Shown piece by piece: positions 1 to 13,300 of a DNA stretch of 64,000 nt. The notes below the pieces were generated by a model. The model was not told where the DNA came from. It was given only the letters and a program-made list of their open reading frames with translations, and did no database searches. The position numbers and the translations under genes are program-made. Numbering within the stretch: position 1 is the first letter of the stretch; the number at the start of each line of letters is the position of its first letter. This stretch comes from Amoebidium appalachense (taxonomy: Eukaryota > Protista > Ichthyosporea): NCBI GenBank assembly GCA_963693365.1, contig CAVNZM010000012.1, positions 5,654,889 to 5,718,888 of the forward strand. Direction: 5' to 3'.

Positions 1-545
1 GTTGATGTGCAGCAAAAATTCCATTTTGGTAGATTTCATGGATTTGATAGGTTCTAAGTCTTTCTTCATATTTCCAGAGGCGAAAATGTGGGCCGCGCTA
101 TGTAATGAGTTTGCGCGGCCCCAGGGAGGTCAGTTGCGGCGCTACTGAGCGCGTTCAGGTCTCTTTAGGCCCAATCTTTTAGCTAAGTTTTTGCAACTCT
201 AGTCCCCGTTTTTCGCGCGGTTGTTCGTTTTTTCTCCAGTTTTTTTTGCCCAGGAGCGCGTGCGTAGCTTAGGCAGAGCATTTGGTAAGAATTTTGCGTG
301 CACGCCGTTGCGTTTTAGCTGGTGTTCGGACGTTTTTTGAGGTGTCGTTTTTCCCGCGTTTTTGTATTTTCCAGTCTTCGTTTTCAAGTTTTCGTGCTCT
401 AGTCTGGTTTTTGAGCATTGCAATGACCCCTCCTCCTGCTCTGGTCGCCAAGGGGGCCGCTCTCCTCGAAAAGCTTTTGGAGATCTCTATCGATGCGGAC
501 GACGCAAGTCTCAAAAGTCTGGCCGTTTTGCAGTGGGGTGGGTGG

Positions 546-1531
546 GCAAAAACTTAGCTAAAAAATTGGGCCTAAAGAGACCTAAACGCGCTCAGTAGCG
601 CCGCAACTGACCTCCCTGGGGTCGCGCAAGCTCATTATAGAGCGCGGCCCACATTTTTGCCTATGGAAATATGAAGAAATGACTTAGAACCTATCAAATC
701 CATGAAATCTACCAAAATTTTGCTGCACATCAACCAATGAAAAATTTTCACAAGTGGCTAAAACCCCTAGATCACAAAGACTAAATCAATTGCCGCCCAT
801 TTCGGACTAGATATAACTCAAACTCATCAATATATCCATATGGCATATCCCACAGAACATAAAAACAGCTACAGCTCCCTAAATAAAAATGCTAGCAGCC
901 TGAAACTTTGCACACACATCAAACACACCAAGGCCTACACCATGCTACTACTACGAACTTTACAGCACACCCGCAACACACAATTTCACTCCAACGGGGC
1001 TATCTAATTCTCCTGCAAAGAAAACACATTTACAAACTTAATATTCTTATGCCAACGTCGTCTTTACCAGCCCCAGCAAGGGGGTACATGAACCGGTGCC
1101 TGTGGATCAATCTCACAAGCAGGCACAGGTGTGCTCCACCACTCCCTACCTGGCACGGGAAGGAACGAACCATGCCGTGGGTGACTGACGCAGCGCTGCA
1201 GCCCGGGCAAGGAGCGACGCAGGCACGCGAATAGAAAGAACAAGAGACTGGCCGGCCTGCACATACCGGCGGAGGGAGGCATGCGATCTCCATCGACCAC
1301 GCAGAGCGATCGTCTCTACTGAAACACCCCTGACATAGTCTCTTGAGGCACCACCATGGCGAAGACTGTGAAGATGGAACCCATACTCGTTGAGGCCGAG
1401 GGAGTCACATGCCGCTTGGAACTTGGAACGCAGAACATCATACGAGAAAGGAAACAGCCGCGCAGAAGGGGGGGCGCCACGGAACCAGAAAGACAGGATG
1501 GCCAACAGGGACGGATCGGTGATGGGGACAA
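546..1531 (-). mobile_element. Family 1 3' fragment: YR C-terminus, B1 (1044-1139) and A2 (546-1043); repeated at ~10863-11849
   Basis: ORF 1146-1667 contains HLHSLRHGGA, RGRW and LRRYV; followed by the B|A junction CATAAGAA|TATTAAG. Confidence 0.9.
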
Positions 1532-3312
1532 TATTAAGTTTGTAATCGTGTTTTCTTTGCAGGAGAATTAGATAGCCCCGTTGGAGTGAAATTGTGTGTT
1601 GCGAATGTGCTGTAAACTTCGTGGTAGTATAATGCTGTAGGCCATGGTGTGTTTGATGTGTGTGCAAAGTTTCAGGCTGCTAGCATTTTTATTTAGGGAG
1701 CTGTAGCTGTTTTTATGTTCTGTGGGATATGCCATATGGATATATTGATGAGTTTGAGTTATATCTAGTCCGAAATGGGCGGCAATCGATTTGGTCTTTA
1801 TGATCTAGGGGTTTTAGCCACTTGTGGAAATTTTTCATTGGTTGATGTGCCGCAAAAATTCCATTTTGGTAGATTTCATGGATTTGATAGGTTCTAAGTC
1901 ATTTCTTCATATTTCCATAGGCAAAAATGTGGGCCGCGCTCTATAATGAGCTTGCGCGGCCCCAGGGAGGTCAGTTGCGGCGCTACTGAGCGCGTTTAGG
2001 TCTCTTTAGGCCCAATTTTTTAGCTAAGTTTTTGCAACTCTAGTCCCCGTTTCCAGCGGCGTTCTGACGGTGTAGACGTCCAAGAGCAGCTGCAGGCGCT
2101 TTCTGCCCAAGTGCAAGCCCTCTCTGTTGCCCAGTCTGGTCGCCCCAAGAAGCCCTCTGCCGGCGGCCTGCTGAGCACGCTGTCTGCGCGGGCAATGGGC
2201 AAGGAGCCTGTCTATGCGTACGACACCGGCAGTGAAGACACCCCATCGTCGAGTGAGGATTCTGATTCCAGCAGCAGTGGCTACGGTCTTTCCTCTCGCA
2301 GCCGTCGTTCCTCTGGCCGTTCCAAACCCAACCCCAGCCGTTATCTGCTCTCCAGCGGCGCCAAAGTCAACCTGCGCGTCAAAGAACGTCTGGCCCCTTC
2401 CTACCTCAAGAGCACCTTGGCTGACCAGGCCTCGGTCACTGCGGCTGTCCACACGGCGGATTGGGTCAGCTACCGCAACAAACGGGAGGCTCTGACGCCT
2501 GCCCGTATGCTGGATCTGCTGCTGGCCGCCGACCCTAAGGCCCGCAAGGAGTCACCTGCTGTGGAAGTTGGTGTGCGCCGTCTGCTGGCTGTGCAGACTG
2601 CTGATCAGTCCAACGGGGACTGGGCTGTTGCAGAGCAGTTTGAGGAGCTCCCTGCGCGCAGCCTGCCCCTGCCCCCTGCCTTGGCCACCCGGGCTGTTCG
2701 TCAAGCCAAGACCCTCGCCGAAGTCACCCGGGCTCGGCGCGGTCCCGGCAGTGGCCCATCCGGAGCCGGTCCATCGACCCCTCCGGGGACCGGTGGGCAC
2801 AGGGCCTAAACGGCCCTTTGGGGGTTCGGCACGCGGTTCGGTATATTATTTTCTTGTGGTTTCCTGCCACGTGCCCTTGATTAAATATGCCCCCTAATTT
2901 TTCTAAGGATTCCACAGCTATGCCACGTCATGTCTTTGCCGCCTCTGATTTGTTTCCTGTTCCGGCCATTCCTGTGCCGGACCGTTCTGGACAAGCCCGT
3001 CTACGGAGTCAACGCCGTCGGCAACGTCTGTCTCACCGCCTGAAGGGGGTTACCTTGGCTAACCGTTGTCTTGGTGCCCTCAACGAGCTGTGGGCAGGCG
3101 GCCCTTGCCCATTCCCGACCCGGTTGGTGACCAGTCACCACCATGCCCTGTGGACCTTTGTCCTTAGGGCCAGCTACGATGCTATACGCGCGGGTGTCTA
3201 CGACGCTCAGCCTGCGAGTAGTGTCTTGGCTGCGTTCCCCGCGGCCTACCCTGTATTGACTGGATGGCTACCTCTCACGGCGGCAAATGCCGCTTTGCCA
3301 CCCCCTGGGGTT
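1532..3312 (+). mobile_element. Family 1 5' fragment: A1 (1532-2035), 5'-deleted ORF1 and RT ORF start; repeated at ~11850-13630
   Basis: ORFs 2111-2809 and 2887 onward match ORF1 and the ORF2 N-terminus of the 24820-31109 copy. Confidence 0.9.
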
Positions 3313-4162
3313 TGGACCGGTCTTGGTGTCGGCCAGGCGGATGCCGCCTGTACCGGGTGGCATGTCGTGGGGAACGGGGTCGTCGGGCAAAATAAGATCC
3401 GCACGGGTGAGCATAAGCAGCTCACTGACACGAAAATAACACTCAAATCCAAGCAAAACAGCAATACCAAACAAGGGGCCAATTTTGGAATACAAATGAT
3501 GGCCAATGACGAGGACCAATGAAAACGGAAGCGGGGGCGTGGTCTTTGCTGGAACAAGCCGGTTCCATCCCTGCAGGCTCCGTTGGGCGGCCTGCAGGTG
3601 TGGACCCAGGCGTGGCATGAAATGCTTGATGCCGGCAGCTGTGTTGACACAGCGCTGACGCTGGCCACGCGATGGATCAATGGCATAACACTCCTCAAAA
3701 TACTCCACCAGGAGGTCGTCCAGTTCGGCGGGGGACTTGGTGTCGGTACCAGGGGGCAACCAATCCAGGAACTCAACAACAGCATCCCGGTAGGACTTGA
3801 GGGTTGGGGGCTTGGTCAGCCAGAAAACCGCGAGGGACCATCTGCAGGATTGTGGGCTGACGGCAGCCAGACACAATACAAACGAATGTTGAGGGCAAGC
3901 GTGTAGGCAGCCACCTGGCGGCATACACGGTTCAGGCGTCGGGATGCTGAACGACCCTTAGCAACAGCCCCAAGCAGCGCCGTCGAATCAAGGCCCCAAA
4001 GGTAGCGGGAGCCCCGGGCAGCCGTAGACCGACCTAATCGACGAAGCCCCAGGAGCAAGGCTTCTCCCTCCAGAATGTTGATGTGGTCGGAGTGGCGCCA
4101 ACGATGACTGATGTTGGTGGTCCACCGGCCACCAACAGCTGCCAGGATAGGTGCCGGGGGGG
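3311..4162 (-). pseudogene. RNase H C-terminus plus YR N-terminal half; repeated at ~13629-14480
   Basis: LDSTALLG...HNPADGPSR (3816-4058) and ECYFRVSEL...DTKTG (3268-3924). Confidence 0.88.
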
Positions 4163-4164
4163 TC

Positions 4165-5458
4165 CAAATTTTTTGCTAAGTTTTGCAACTCTAGTCCCCG
4201 TTTTTCGCGCTTTTGTTCGTTTTTTCTCAAGTTTTTTTTGCCCAGGAGCGCGTGCTTAGCTTCAGCAGCATCTGGTAAGAGTTTTGCGTGCGCGCCGTTG
4301 CGTTTTCGCTGGTTTTCGGACGTTTTTTGCGGTGTCGGTTTTCCCACGTTTTTGCATTTTCCAGTCTTCGTTTTCAAGATTTCGTGCTCTAGTCTGGTTT
4401 GTGAGCATTGCAATGGCCCCTCCTCCTGCTCTGGTCGCCAAGGGGGCCGCTCTCCTCGAAAAGCTTTTGGAGATCTCTATCGATGCGGACGACGCAAGTC
4501 TCAAAAGTCTGGCCGTTTTGCAGTGGGTGACTGCCGTGGGTGACTGACGCATCGCTGCAGCCCGGGCAAGGAGCGACGCAGGCACCCGAATAGAAAGAAC
4601 AAGAGACTGGCCGGCCTGCACATATCGGCGGAGGGAGGCATGCGATCTCCACCGACCACGCAGAGCAATCGTCTCGACCGAAACACCCCTGACGTAGTCT
4701 CTTGAGGCACCACCATGGCGAAGACTGTGAAGATGGAACCCATAATCGTTGAGGCCGAGGGAGTCACATGCCGCTTGGAACTTGGCACGCAGAACATCAT
4801 ACGAGAAAGGAAACCGCCGCGCAGAAGGGGGGGCACCACGGAACCAGAAAGACAGGATGGCCAACAGGGACGGATCGGTGATGGGGACAAACTGATTTGG
4901 ACCGGTCTTGGTGTCGGCCAGGCGGATGCCGCCTGTACCGGATGGCATGTTGTGGGGAACGGGGTCGTCGGGCAAAACAAGATCCGCACAGGTGAGCATA
5001 AGCAGCTCATTGACACGAAAAAAACACTTCTTATGCCAACGTCGTCTTTACCAGCCCCAGCAAGAGTTGCAAAAACATAGCTAATAAATTGGGCCTAAAG
5101 AGACCTAAACACGCTCAGTAGCGCCGCAACTGACCTCCCTGGGGAAGCGCAAGCTCATTATATAGTGCGGCCCACATTTTTGCCTATGGAAATATGAAGA
5201 AATGACTTAGAACCTATCAAATCCATGAAATCTTCCAAAATGGAATTTTGCTGCACATCAACCAATGAAAAATTTTCACAAGTGGCTAAAACCCCAAGAT
5301 CACAAAGACCAAATCGATTGCAGCCCATTCCGGACTAGATATAACTCAAACTCATCAATATATCCATATGGCATATCCCACAGAACATAAAAACAGCTAA
5401 AATAAACATGCTAGCAGCCTGAAACTTTGCACACACATCAAACACACCATGGCCTACA
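4165..5458. mobile_element. Mosaic: 5' leader/ORF1 start (+, to 4525), YR C-terminal half (-, 4526-5028), B end (-, 5029-5063), partial A (-, 5064-5458); repeated at +10318
   Basis: Direct sequence match of each piece to parts of the reference copy; ORF 4262-4999 carries the YR HSLR and RRY motifs. Confidence 0.85.
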
Positions 5459-8400
5459 ACCGCACGGGTGAGCATAAGCAGCTCACTGACACGAAAATAG
5501 CACTCAAATCCAAGCAAAACAACAATACCAAACAAGGGGCCAATTTTGGAAAACAAATGATGGCCAATGACGAGGACCAATGAAAACGGAAGCGGGGGCG
5601 TGGTCTTTGCTGGAACAAGCCGGTTCCAGGGCCTGCAGGCTCCGTTGGGCGGCCTGCAGGTGTGGACCCAGGCGTGGCATGAAATGCTTGATGCCGGCAG
5701 CTGTGTTGACACAGCGCTGACGCTGGCCACGCGATGGATCAATGGCATAACACTCCTCAAAATACTCCACCAGGAGGTCGTCCAGTTCGGCGGGGGACTT
5801 GGTGTCGGTGCCAGGGGGCAACCTATCCAGGAACTCAACAACAGCATCCCGGTAGGCCTTGAGGGTTGGGGGCTTTATAGCCTGGTCAGCCAGAAAACCG
5901 CGAGGGACCATCTGCAGGATTGTGGGCTGACGGCAGCCACACACAATACAGACGAATGTCGAGGGCAAGCGTGTAGGCAGCCACCTGGTGCCGGGGGGCG
6001 GACGGGCTTGGCTCGTGCACAGGACCAGACAGCTGGCTGTAGTGGCCACGCCGGTTGCAGTGAGGAAGCACTTCGCGGAGAAGCGTTGCTGGAAGCACCC
6101 GGGACAGCACTGCACCACCCAACAAGGAAGCATCAGTGCAGAACATGGTGCTAGCAAACCCAGAACGCAAATCACAACCCATCAAAGGGGCCAAAGCACA
6201 CATCGCCTGAAGCTCCCACACCACGGGCGGGGGAAGGGGCTGTTCCCGACCCCCCAGCTGCTCCACAAAACTGTAGACGGCACTCAGAACCGACAAAAGC
6301 GGCCGCTGCAGCAGTGCCGCCCACACCCAACCACCAAGCAACTGCTGCAAACGGAGCTGCGTGACGACACCACGACTCAACACGGCCTGGGTTTCCGCCA
6401 CCAGACGGCACAAGGAAGCGCCACACGGTCGTAATATCCCAGAGCGATGCATTTCCAGGCCTAGCAGCACCATAGAGGATGACGAACCAGCAGCCACATC
6501 TTGACATTGGAGGGAAGACCAGCCGGGCCGGTGACGCCATGATACGATTCACGCTGACGATGGATGGCGGTGGCATCTGTGCCGACCCAGCCACAGTCGT
6601 CCACATACAGGGCATGCTGCGTGGCCTCCACAGGCCGCAGCACTATCGCACAGAGGCGCTCAATGCGGGGCATGCCGGCTCGGTCAGCCAACTGCCCATG
6701 GACGTCTTGAGCCACAAGCACAGAATGCACCCAGCCCGTGGGCACGGTCTTGAGGGCCGGGTACACAAGCCGGTCGGGCCCAGAAATGCCAACAGCCTCC
6801 GAAGACACAGGCGGCAATCCGAAGTACCGCCACAGCCACTCCGGGGCAAGAAGACGATGGAACTGGTTGTCGATGTCCGACTTGCCAAAATAGAGGCAAT
6901 CCTCAGGCCCCAGCAACAGATCGGCAAAATCGGCAGGTTTGGGCAGGTGCACCTTGAGGGCAGGATGATCACGGGCAAAGAACAGGTTGCCACGGCAGCC
7001 GTCAAAAATGACGCGGGCTCTGGTGTCTTTGGGGACCCCAAACAGCCCATTCTTATGCCAACGTCGTCTTTGCCAGCCCCAGCAAGGGGATACATGAGCC
7101 GGTGCCTGTGGATCAATCTCACAAGCAGGCACAGGTGTGCTCCACAGGAGCAATGAAAAGAATGACAAATGTCATACAGAAACATGCTCAAAAAACGTAG
7201 CCTAGTGCCTAAATAGGCAAAGGGTGTGGTGGGTGGGCAAAAACTTAGCTACAAAATTGGGCCTAAAGAGACCTAAACGCGCTCAGTAGCGCCGCAACTG
7301 ACCTCCCTGGGGCCGCGCAAGCTCATTATAGAGCGCGGCCCACATTTTTGCTTATGGAAATATGAAGAAATGACTTAGAACCTATCAAATCCATGAAATC
7401 TACCAAAATGGAATTTTTGCTGCACATCAACCAATGAAAAATTTTCACAAGTGGCTAAAACCCCTAGATCATAAAGACCAAATCGATTGCCGCCCATTTC
7501 GGACTAGATATAACTCAAACTCATCAATATATCCATGTGGCATATCCCACAGAACATAAAAACAGCTACAGCTCCCTAAATAAAAATGCTAGCAGCCTGA
7601 AACTTTGCACACACATCACACACACCAAGACCTACAACATGTTACTACTACGAATTTTACAGCACACTCGCAACACACAATTTCACTCCAACGGGGCTAT
7701 CTAATTCTCCTGCAAAGAAAACACGTTTACAAACTTAATATTGATGGCCAGTGGTTTTTCCTTCGCCTCGAAATAGTGCACCATGCCGCAGTCTTGAAGC
7801 CGAAGAAGCAGGGGACCGTATTCCCCACTGGGAACGTGATGCGCCGGTCGGAAGCGGCGCAGCTCTGCAGGTGTCGGCGGAACAGGCTTGAGAAGGCCGC
7901 CGTCGCAGTTGGCCAAAAACGGCTCAGCGTAGGAGACAAAAACTGCAACACGTCCACTGTGGCTCCAACCCCAGGGGGTGGCAAAGCGGCATTTGCCGCC
8001 GTGAGAGGTAGCCATCCTGTCAATACAGGGTAGGCCGCGGGGAACGCAGCCAAGACACTACTCGCAGGCTGAGCGTCGTAGATTCCCGCGCGTATAGCAT
8101 CGTAGCTGGCCCTAAGGACAAAGGTCCACAGGGCATGGTGGTGACTGTTCACCAACCGGGTCGGGAATGGGCAAGGGCCGCCTGCCCACAGCTCGTTGAG
8201 GGCACCAAGACAACGGTTAGCCAAGGTAACCCCCTTCAGGCGGTGAGACAGACGTTGCCGACGGCGTTGACTCCGTAGACGGGCTTGTCCAGAACGGTCC
8301 GGCACAGGAATGGCCGGAACAGGAAACAAATCAGAGGCGGCAAAGACATGACGTGGCATAGCTGTGGAATCCTTAGAAAAATTAGGGGGCATATTTAATC

Positions 8401-9365
8401 AAGGGCACGTGGCAGGAAACCACAAGAAAATAATATACAGAACCGCGTGCCGAACCCCCAAAGGGCTGTTTAGGCCCTGTGCCCACCGGTCCCCGGAGGG
8501 GTCGATGGACTGGCTCCGGATGGGCCACTGCCGGGACCGCGCCGAGCTCAGCAGTCTGCACAGCCAGCAGACGGCGCACACCAACTTCCACAGCAGGTGA
8601 CTCCTTGCGGGCCTTAGGGTCGGCGGCCAGCAGCAGATCCAGCGTACGGGCAAGCGTCAGAGCCTCCCGTTTGTTGCGGTAGCTGACCCAATCCGCCGTG
8701 TGGACAGCCGCAGTGAACGAGGCCTGGTCAGCCAAGGTGCTCTTGAGGTAGGAAGGGGCCAGACGTTCTTTGACGCGCAGGTTGACTTTGGCGCCGCTGG
8801 AGAGCAGATAACGGCTGGGGTTGGGTTTGGAACGGCCAGAAAAACGACGGCTGCGAGAGGAACGACCGTAGCCACTGCTGCTGGAATCAGAATCCTCACT
8901 CGACGATGGGGTGTCTTCACTGCCGGTGTCGTACGCATAGACAGGCTCCTTGCCCTTTGCCCGCGCAGACAGCGTGCTCAGCAGGCCGCCGGCAGAGGGC
9001 TTCTTGGAGCGACCAGACTGGGCAACAGAGAGGGCTTGCACTTGGGCAGAAAGCGCCTGCAGCTTCTCTTGGACGTCTACACCGTCAGAATGCCGCTGGG
9101 GAGAGGGCGACCCAGGTGGGGGGGAGGCACGGCCGCTGCGAATAGTGCGACAGAGCAAGTGCAGCTGGTCGGCGACTTTCCAACCGACCATCTCAGGGTC
9201 ATCAAAAGCCACCGAGCGCGCCTTCAGGGCTGAAACCACACTGTTGACGGTTTCTGCCGGCAGGCTGTTCCAGGGGAGGGCATTGGACTGCAAAACGACC
9301 AGACTTTTGAGACTTGCGTCGTCCGCATCGGTAGAGATCTCCAAAAGCTTTTCAAGGAGAGCGGC
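5459..9365 (-). mobile_element. Large decayed family 1 copy (ORF1, RT/RNaseH, YR N-terminus) interrupted by a solo A-B unit; repeated at ~15777-19683
   Basis: ORFs 8382-9344 (ORF1), 7727-8392, 6461-7168 (YVDD), 5886-6497 (CTDAS) and 5504-6175 are collinear with the reference copy. Confidence 0.9.
7050..7740 (-). mobile_element. Solo A-spacer-B unit (691 bp) inserted in the RT ORF
   Basis: Flanks rejoin to the uninterrupted RT sequence GCCATCAA|TGGGCTG seen at ~27331-27346. Confidence 0.92.
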
Positions 9366-10013
9366 GTGGTCTTTGCTGGAACAAGCCGGTTCCAGCCCTG
9401 CAGGCTTCGTTGGGCGGCCTGCAGGTGTGGACCCAGGCGTGGCATGAAATGCTTGATGCCGGCAGCTGTGTTGACACAGCGCTGACGCTGGCCAGGCGAT
9501 GGATCAATGGCATAACACTCCTCAAAATACTCCACCAGTAGGTCGTCCAGTTCGGCGGGGGACTTGGTGTCGGTGCCAGGGGGCAACCAATCAGGAACTC
9601 AACAACAGCATCCAGGTAGGCCTTGAGGGTTGGGGGCTTTATAGCCTGGTCAGCCAGAAAACCGCCAGGGACCATCTGCAGGATTGTGGGCTGACGGCAG
9701 CCACACACAATACCTGCCTACACTATGCTAATCAGCACAGGGACTGGACGCACACAGCAGTCAAAAGGCTCTACATCCCCGAATATTCGCTACCAATATC
9801 ACCTGCATATCTCGCACACGGAGTCCTGTTACTCTGTCTCCGGTGCTGTCCAATGTTCTTGCAAAGAAAAAACGTTTACAAACTAATCATTATATTCGAA
9901 ACAAAATGTGTTCTTATGCCAACGTCGTCTTTACCAGCCCCAGCAAGGGGATACATGAGCCGGTGCCTGTGGGTCAATCTCACAAGCAGGCACCGGTGTG
10001 CTCCACAGGAGCA
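9361..10013 (-). mobile_element. YR N-terminus/RNaseH end (9361-9710), deleted family 2 A' repeat (9711-9889), 21-bp unique spacer, family 1 B2 (9911-10013); repeated at ~19684-20290
   Basis: Pieces match 28680-29710, 41110-41438 and 31014-31109 respectively. Confidence 0.8.
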
Positions 10014-10317
10014 ATTAAAAGAATATTTAATTTGCAGGAGAATTATATATAACCCCGTTGGAGTGAGATTGTGTGTTGCGAGTGTGCTGTAACATTCATA
10101 GTAGTTGCATGTTGTAGGCCTTGGTATGTTTGATGCGTGTGCAAAGTCTCAGGCTGCTAGCATTTTTATTGAGGGAGCTGTAGCTGTTTTTATGTTCTGT
10201 TGGATATGCCATATGGATATAATGATGTGTTTGAGTTATATCTAGTCCGAAATGGGCGGCAATTGATTTGGTCTTTGTGATCTAGGGGTTTTAGCCACTT
10301 GTGAAAAATTTTCATTG

Positions 10318-13300
10318 GTTGATGTGCAGCAAAAATTCCATTTTGGTAGATTTCATGGATTTGATAGGTTCTAAGTCTTTCTTCATATTTCCAGAGGCGA
10401 AAATGTGGGCCGCGCTATGTAATGAGTTTGCGCGGCCCCAGGGAGGTCAGTTGCGGCGCTACTGAGCGCGTTCAGGTCTCTTTAGGCCCAATCTTTTAGC
10501 TAAGTTTTTGCAACTCTAGTCCCCGTTTTTCGCGCGGTTGTTCGTTTTTTCTCCAGTTTTTTTTGCCCAGGAGCGCGTGCGTAGCTTAGGCAGAGCATTT
10601 GGTAAGAATTTTGCGTGCACGCCGTTGCGTTTTAGCTGGTGTTCGGACGTTTTTTGAGGTGTCGTTTTTCCCGCGTTTTTGTATTTTCCAGTCTTCGTTT
10701 TCAAGTTTTCGTGCTCTAGTCTGGTTTTTGAGCATTGCAATGACCCCTCCTCCTGCTCTGGTCGCCAAGGGGGCCGCTCTCCTCGAAAAGCTTTTGGAGA
10801 TCTCTATCGATGCGGACGACGCAAGTCTCAAAAGTCTGGCCGTTTTGCAGTGGGGTGGGTGGGCAAAAACTTAGCTAAAAAATTGGGCCTAAAGAGACCT
10901 AAACGCGCTCAGTAGCGCCGCAACTGACCTCCCTGGGGTCGCGCAAGCTCATTATAGAGCGCGGCCCACATTTTTGCCTATGGAAATATGAAGAAATGAC
11001 TTAGAACCTATCAAATCCATGAAATCTACCAAAATTTTGCTGCACATCAACCAATGAAAAATTTTCACAAGTGGCTAAAACCCCTAGATCACAAAGACTA
11101 AATCAATTGCCGCCCATTTCGGACTAGATATAACTCAAACTCATCAATATATCCATATGGCATATCCCACAGAACATAAAAACAGCTACAGCTCCCTAAA
11201 TAAAAATGCTAGCAGCCTGAAACTTTGCACACACATCAAACACACCAAGGCCTACACCATGCTACTACTACGAACTTTACAGCACACCCGCAACACACAA
11301 TTTCACTCCAACGGGGCTATCTAATTCTCCTGCAAAGAAAACACATTTACAAACTTAATATTCTTATGCCAACGTCGTCTTTACCAGCCCCAGCAAGGGG
11401 GTACATGAACCGGTGCCTGTGGATCAATCTCACAAGCAGGCACAGGTGTGCTCCACCACTCCCTACCTGGCACGGGAAGGAACGAACCATGCCGTGGGTG
11501 ACTGACGCAGCGCTGCAGCCCGGGCAAGGAGCGACGCAGGCACGCGAATAGAAAGAACAAGAGACTGGCCGGCCTGCACATACCGGCGGAGGGAGGCATG
11601 CGATCTCCATCGACCACGCAGAGCGATCGTCTCTACTGAAACACCCCTGACATAGTCTCTTGAGGCACCACCATGGCGAAGACTGTGAAGATGGAACCCA
11701 TACTCGTTGAGGCCGAGGGAGTCACATGCCGCTTGGAACTTGGAACGCAGAACATCATACGAGAAAGGAAACAGCCGCGCAGAAGGGGGGGGCGCCACGG
11801 AACCAGAAAGACAGGATGGCCAACAGGGACGGATCGGTGATGGGGACAATATTAAGTTTGTAATCGTGTTTTCTTTGCAGGAGAATTAGATAGCCCCGTT
11901 GGAGTGAAATTGTGTGTTGCGAATGTGCTGTAAACTTCGTGGTAGTATAATGCTGTAGGCCATGGTGTGTTTGATGTGTGTGCAAAGTTTCAGGCTGCTA
12001 GCATTTTTATTTAGGGAGCTGTAGCTGTTTTTATGTTCTGTGGGATATGCCATATGGATATATTGATGAGTTTGAGTTATTTCTAGTCCGAAATGGGCGG
12101 CAATCGATTTGGTCTTTATGATCTAGGGGTTTTAGCCACTTGTGGAAATTTTTCATTGGTTGATGTGCCGCAAAAATTCCATTTTGGTAGATTTCATGGA
12201 TTTGATAGGTTCTAAGTCATTTCTTCATATTTTCATAGGCAAAAATGTGGGCCGCGCTCTATAATGAGCTTGCGCGGCCCCAGGGAGGTCAGTTGCGGCG
12301 CTACTGAGCGCGTTTAGGTCTCTTTAGGCCCAATTTTTTAGCTAAGTTTTTGCAACTCTAGTCCCCGTTTCCAGCGGCGTTCTGACGGTGTAGACGTCCA
12401 AGAGCAGCTGCAGGCGCTTTCTGCCCAAGTGCAAGCCCTCTCTGTTGCCCAGTCTGGTCGCCCCAAGAAGCCCTCTGCCGGCGGCCTGCTGAGCACGCTG
12501 TCTGCGCGGGCAATGGGCAAGGAGCCTGTCTATGCGTACGACACCGGCAGTGAAGACACCCCATCGTCGAGTGAGGATTCTGATTCCAGCAGCAGTGGCT
12601 ACGGTCTTTCCTCTCGCAGCCGTCGTTCCTCTGGCCGTTCCAAACCCAACCCCAGCCGTTATCTGCTCTCCAGCGGCGCCAAAGTCAACCTGCGCGTCAA
12701 AGAACGTCTGGCCCCTTCCTACCTCAAGAGCACCTTGGCTGACCAGGCCTCGGTCACTGCGGCTGTCCACACGGCGGATTGGGTCAGCTACCGCAACAAA
12801 CGGGAGGCTCTGACGCTTGCCCGTATGCTGGATCTGCTGCTGGCCGCCGACCCTAAGGCCCGCAAGGAGTCACCTGCTGTGGAAGTTGGTGTGCGCCGTC
12901 TGCTGGCTGTGCAGACTGCTGATCAGTCCAACGGGGACTGGGCTGTTGCAGAGCAGTTTGAGGAGCTCCCTGCGCGCAGCCTGCCCCTGCCCCCTGCCTT
13001 GGCCACCCGGGCTGTTCGTCAAGCCAAGACCCTCGCCGAAGTCACCCGGGCTCGGCGCGGTCCCGGCAGTGGCCCATCCGGAGCCGGTCCATCGACCCCT
13101 CCGGGGACCGGTGGGCACAGGGCCTAAACGGCCCTTTGGGGGTTCGGCACGCGGTTCGGTATATTATTTTCTTGTGGTTTCCTGCCACGTGCCCTTGATT
13201 AAATATGCCCCCTAATTTTTCTAAGGATTCCACAGCTATGCCACGTCATGTCTTTGCCGCCTCTGATTTGTTTCCTGTTCCGGCCATTCCTGTGCCGGAC

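Larger units (their letters stand above)
1..10317. repeat. Copy 1 of a ~10.3-kb head-to-tail tandem repeat made of scrambled YR-retrotransposon fragments (may extend left of the window)
   Basis: Sequence at 1 recurs at 10318 and 20595; the ORF track repeats with offsets 10317, 10318 and 10277. Confidence 0.95.

Noticed and set aside
908-1667. ORFs starting MHTHQTH... (also 7605, 29304, 30368, 34754)
   Set aside because: These are antisense read-through of the A repeat from a TTG start into whatever lies next; the downstream parts differ in each case.
1804-1818. Telomere-like TAGGGGTTTTAG
   Set aside because: A single unit inside each A repeat, never in tandem.
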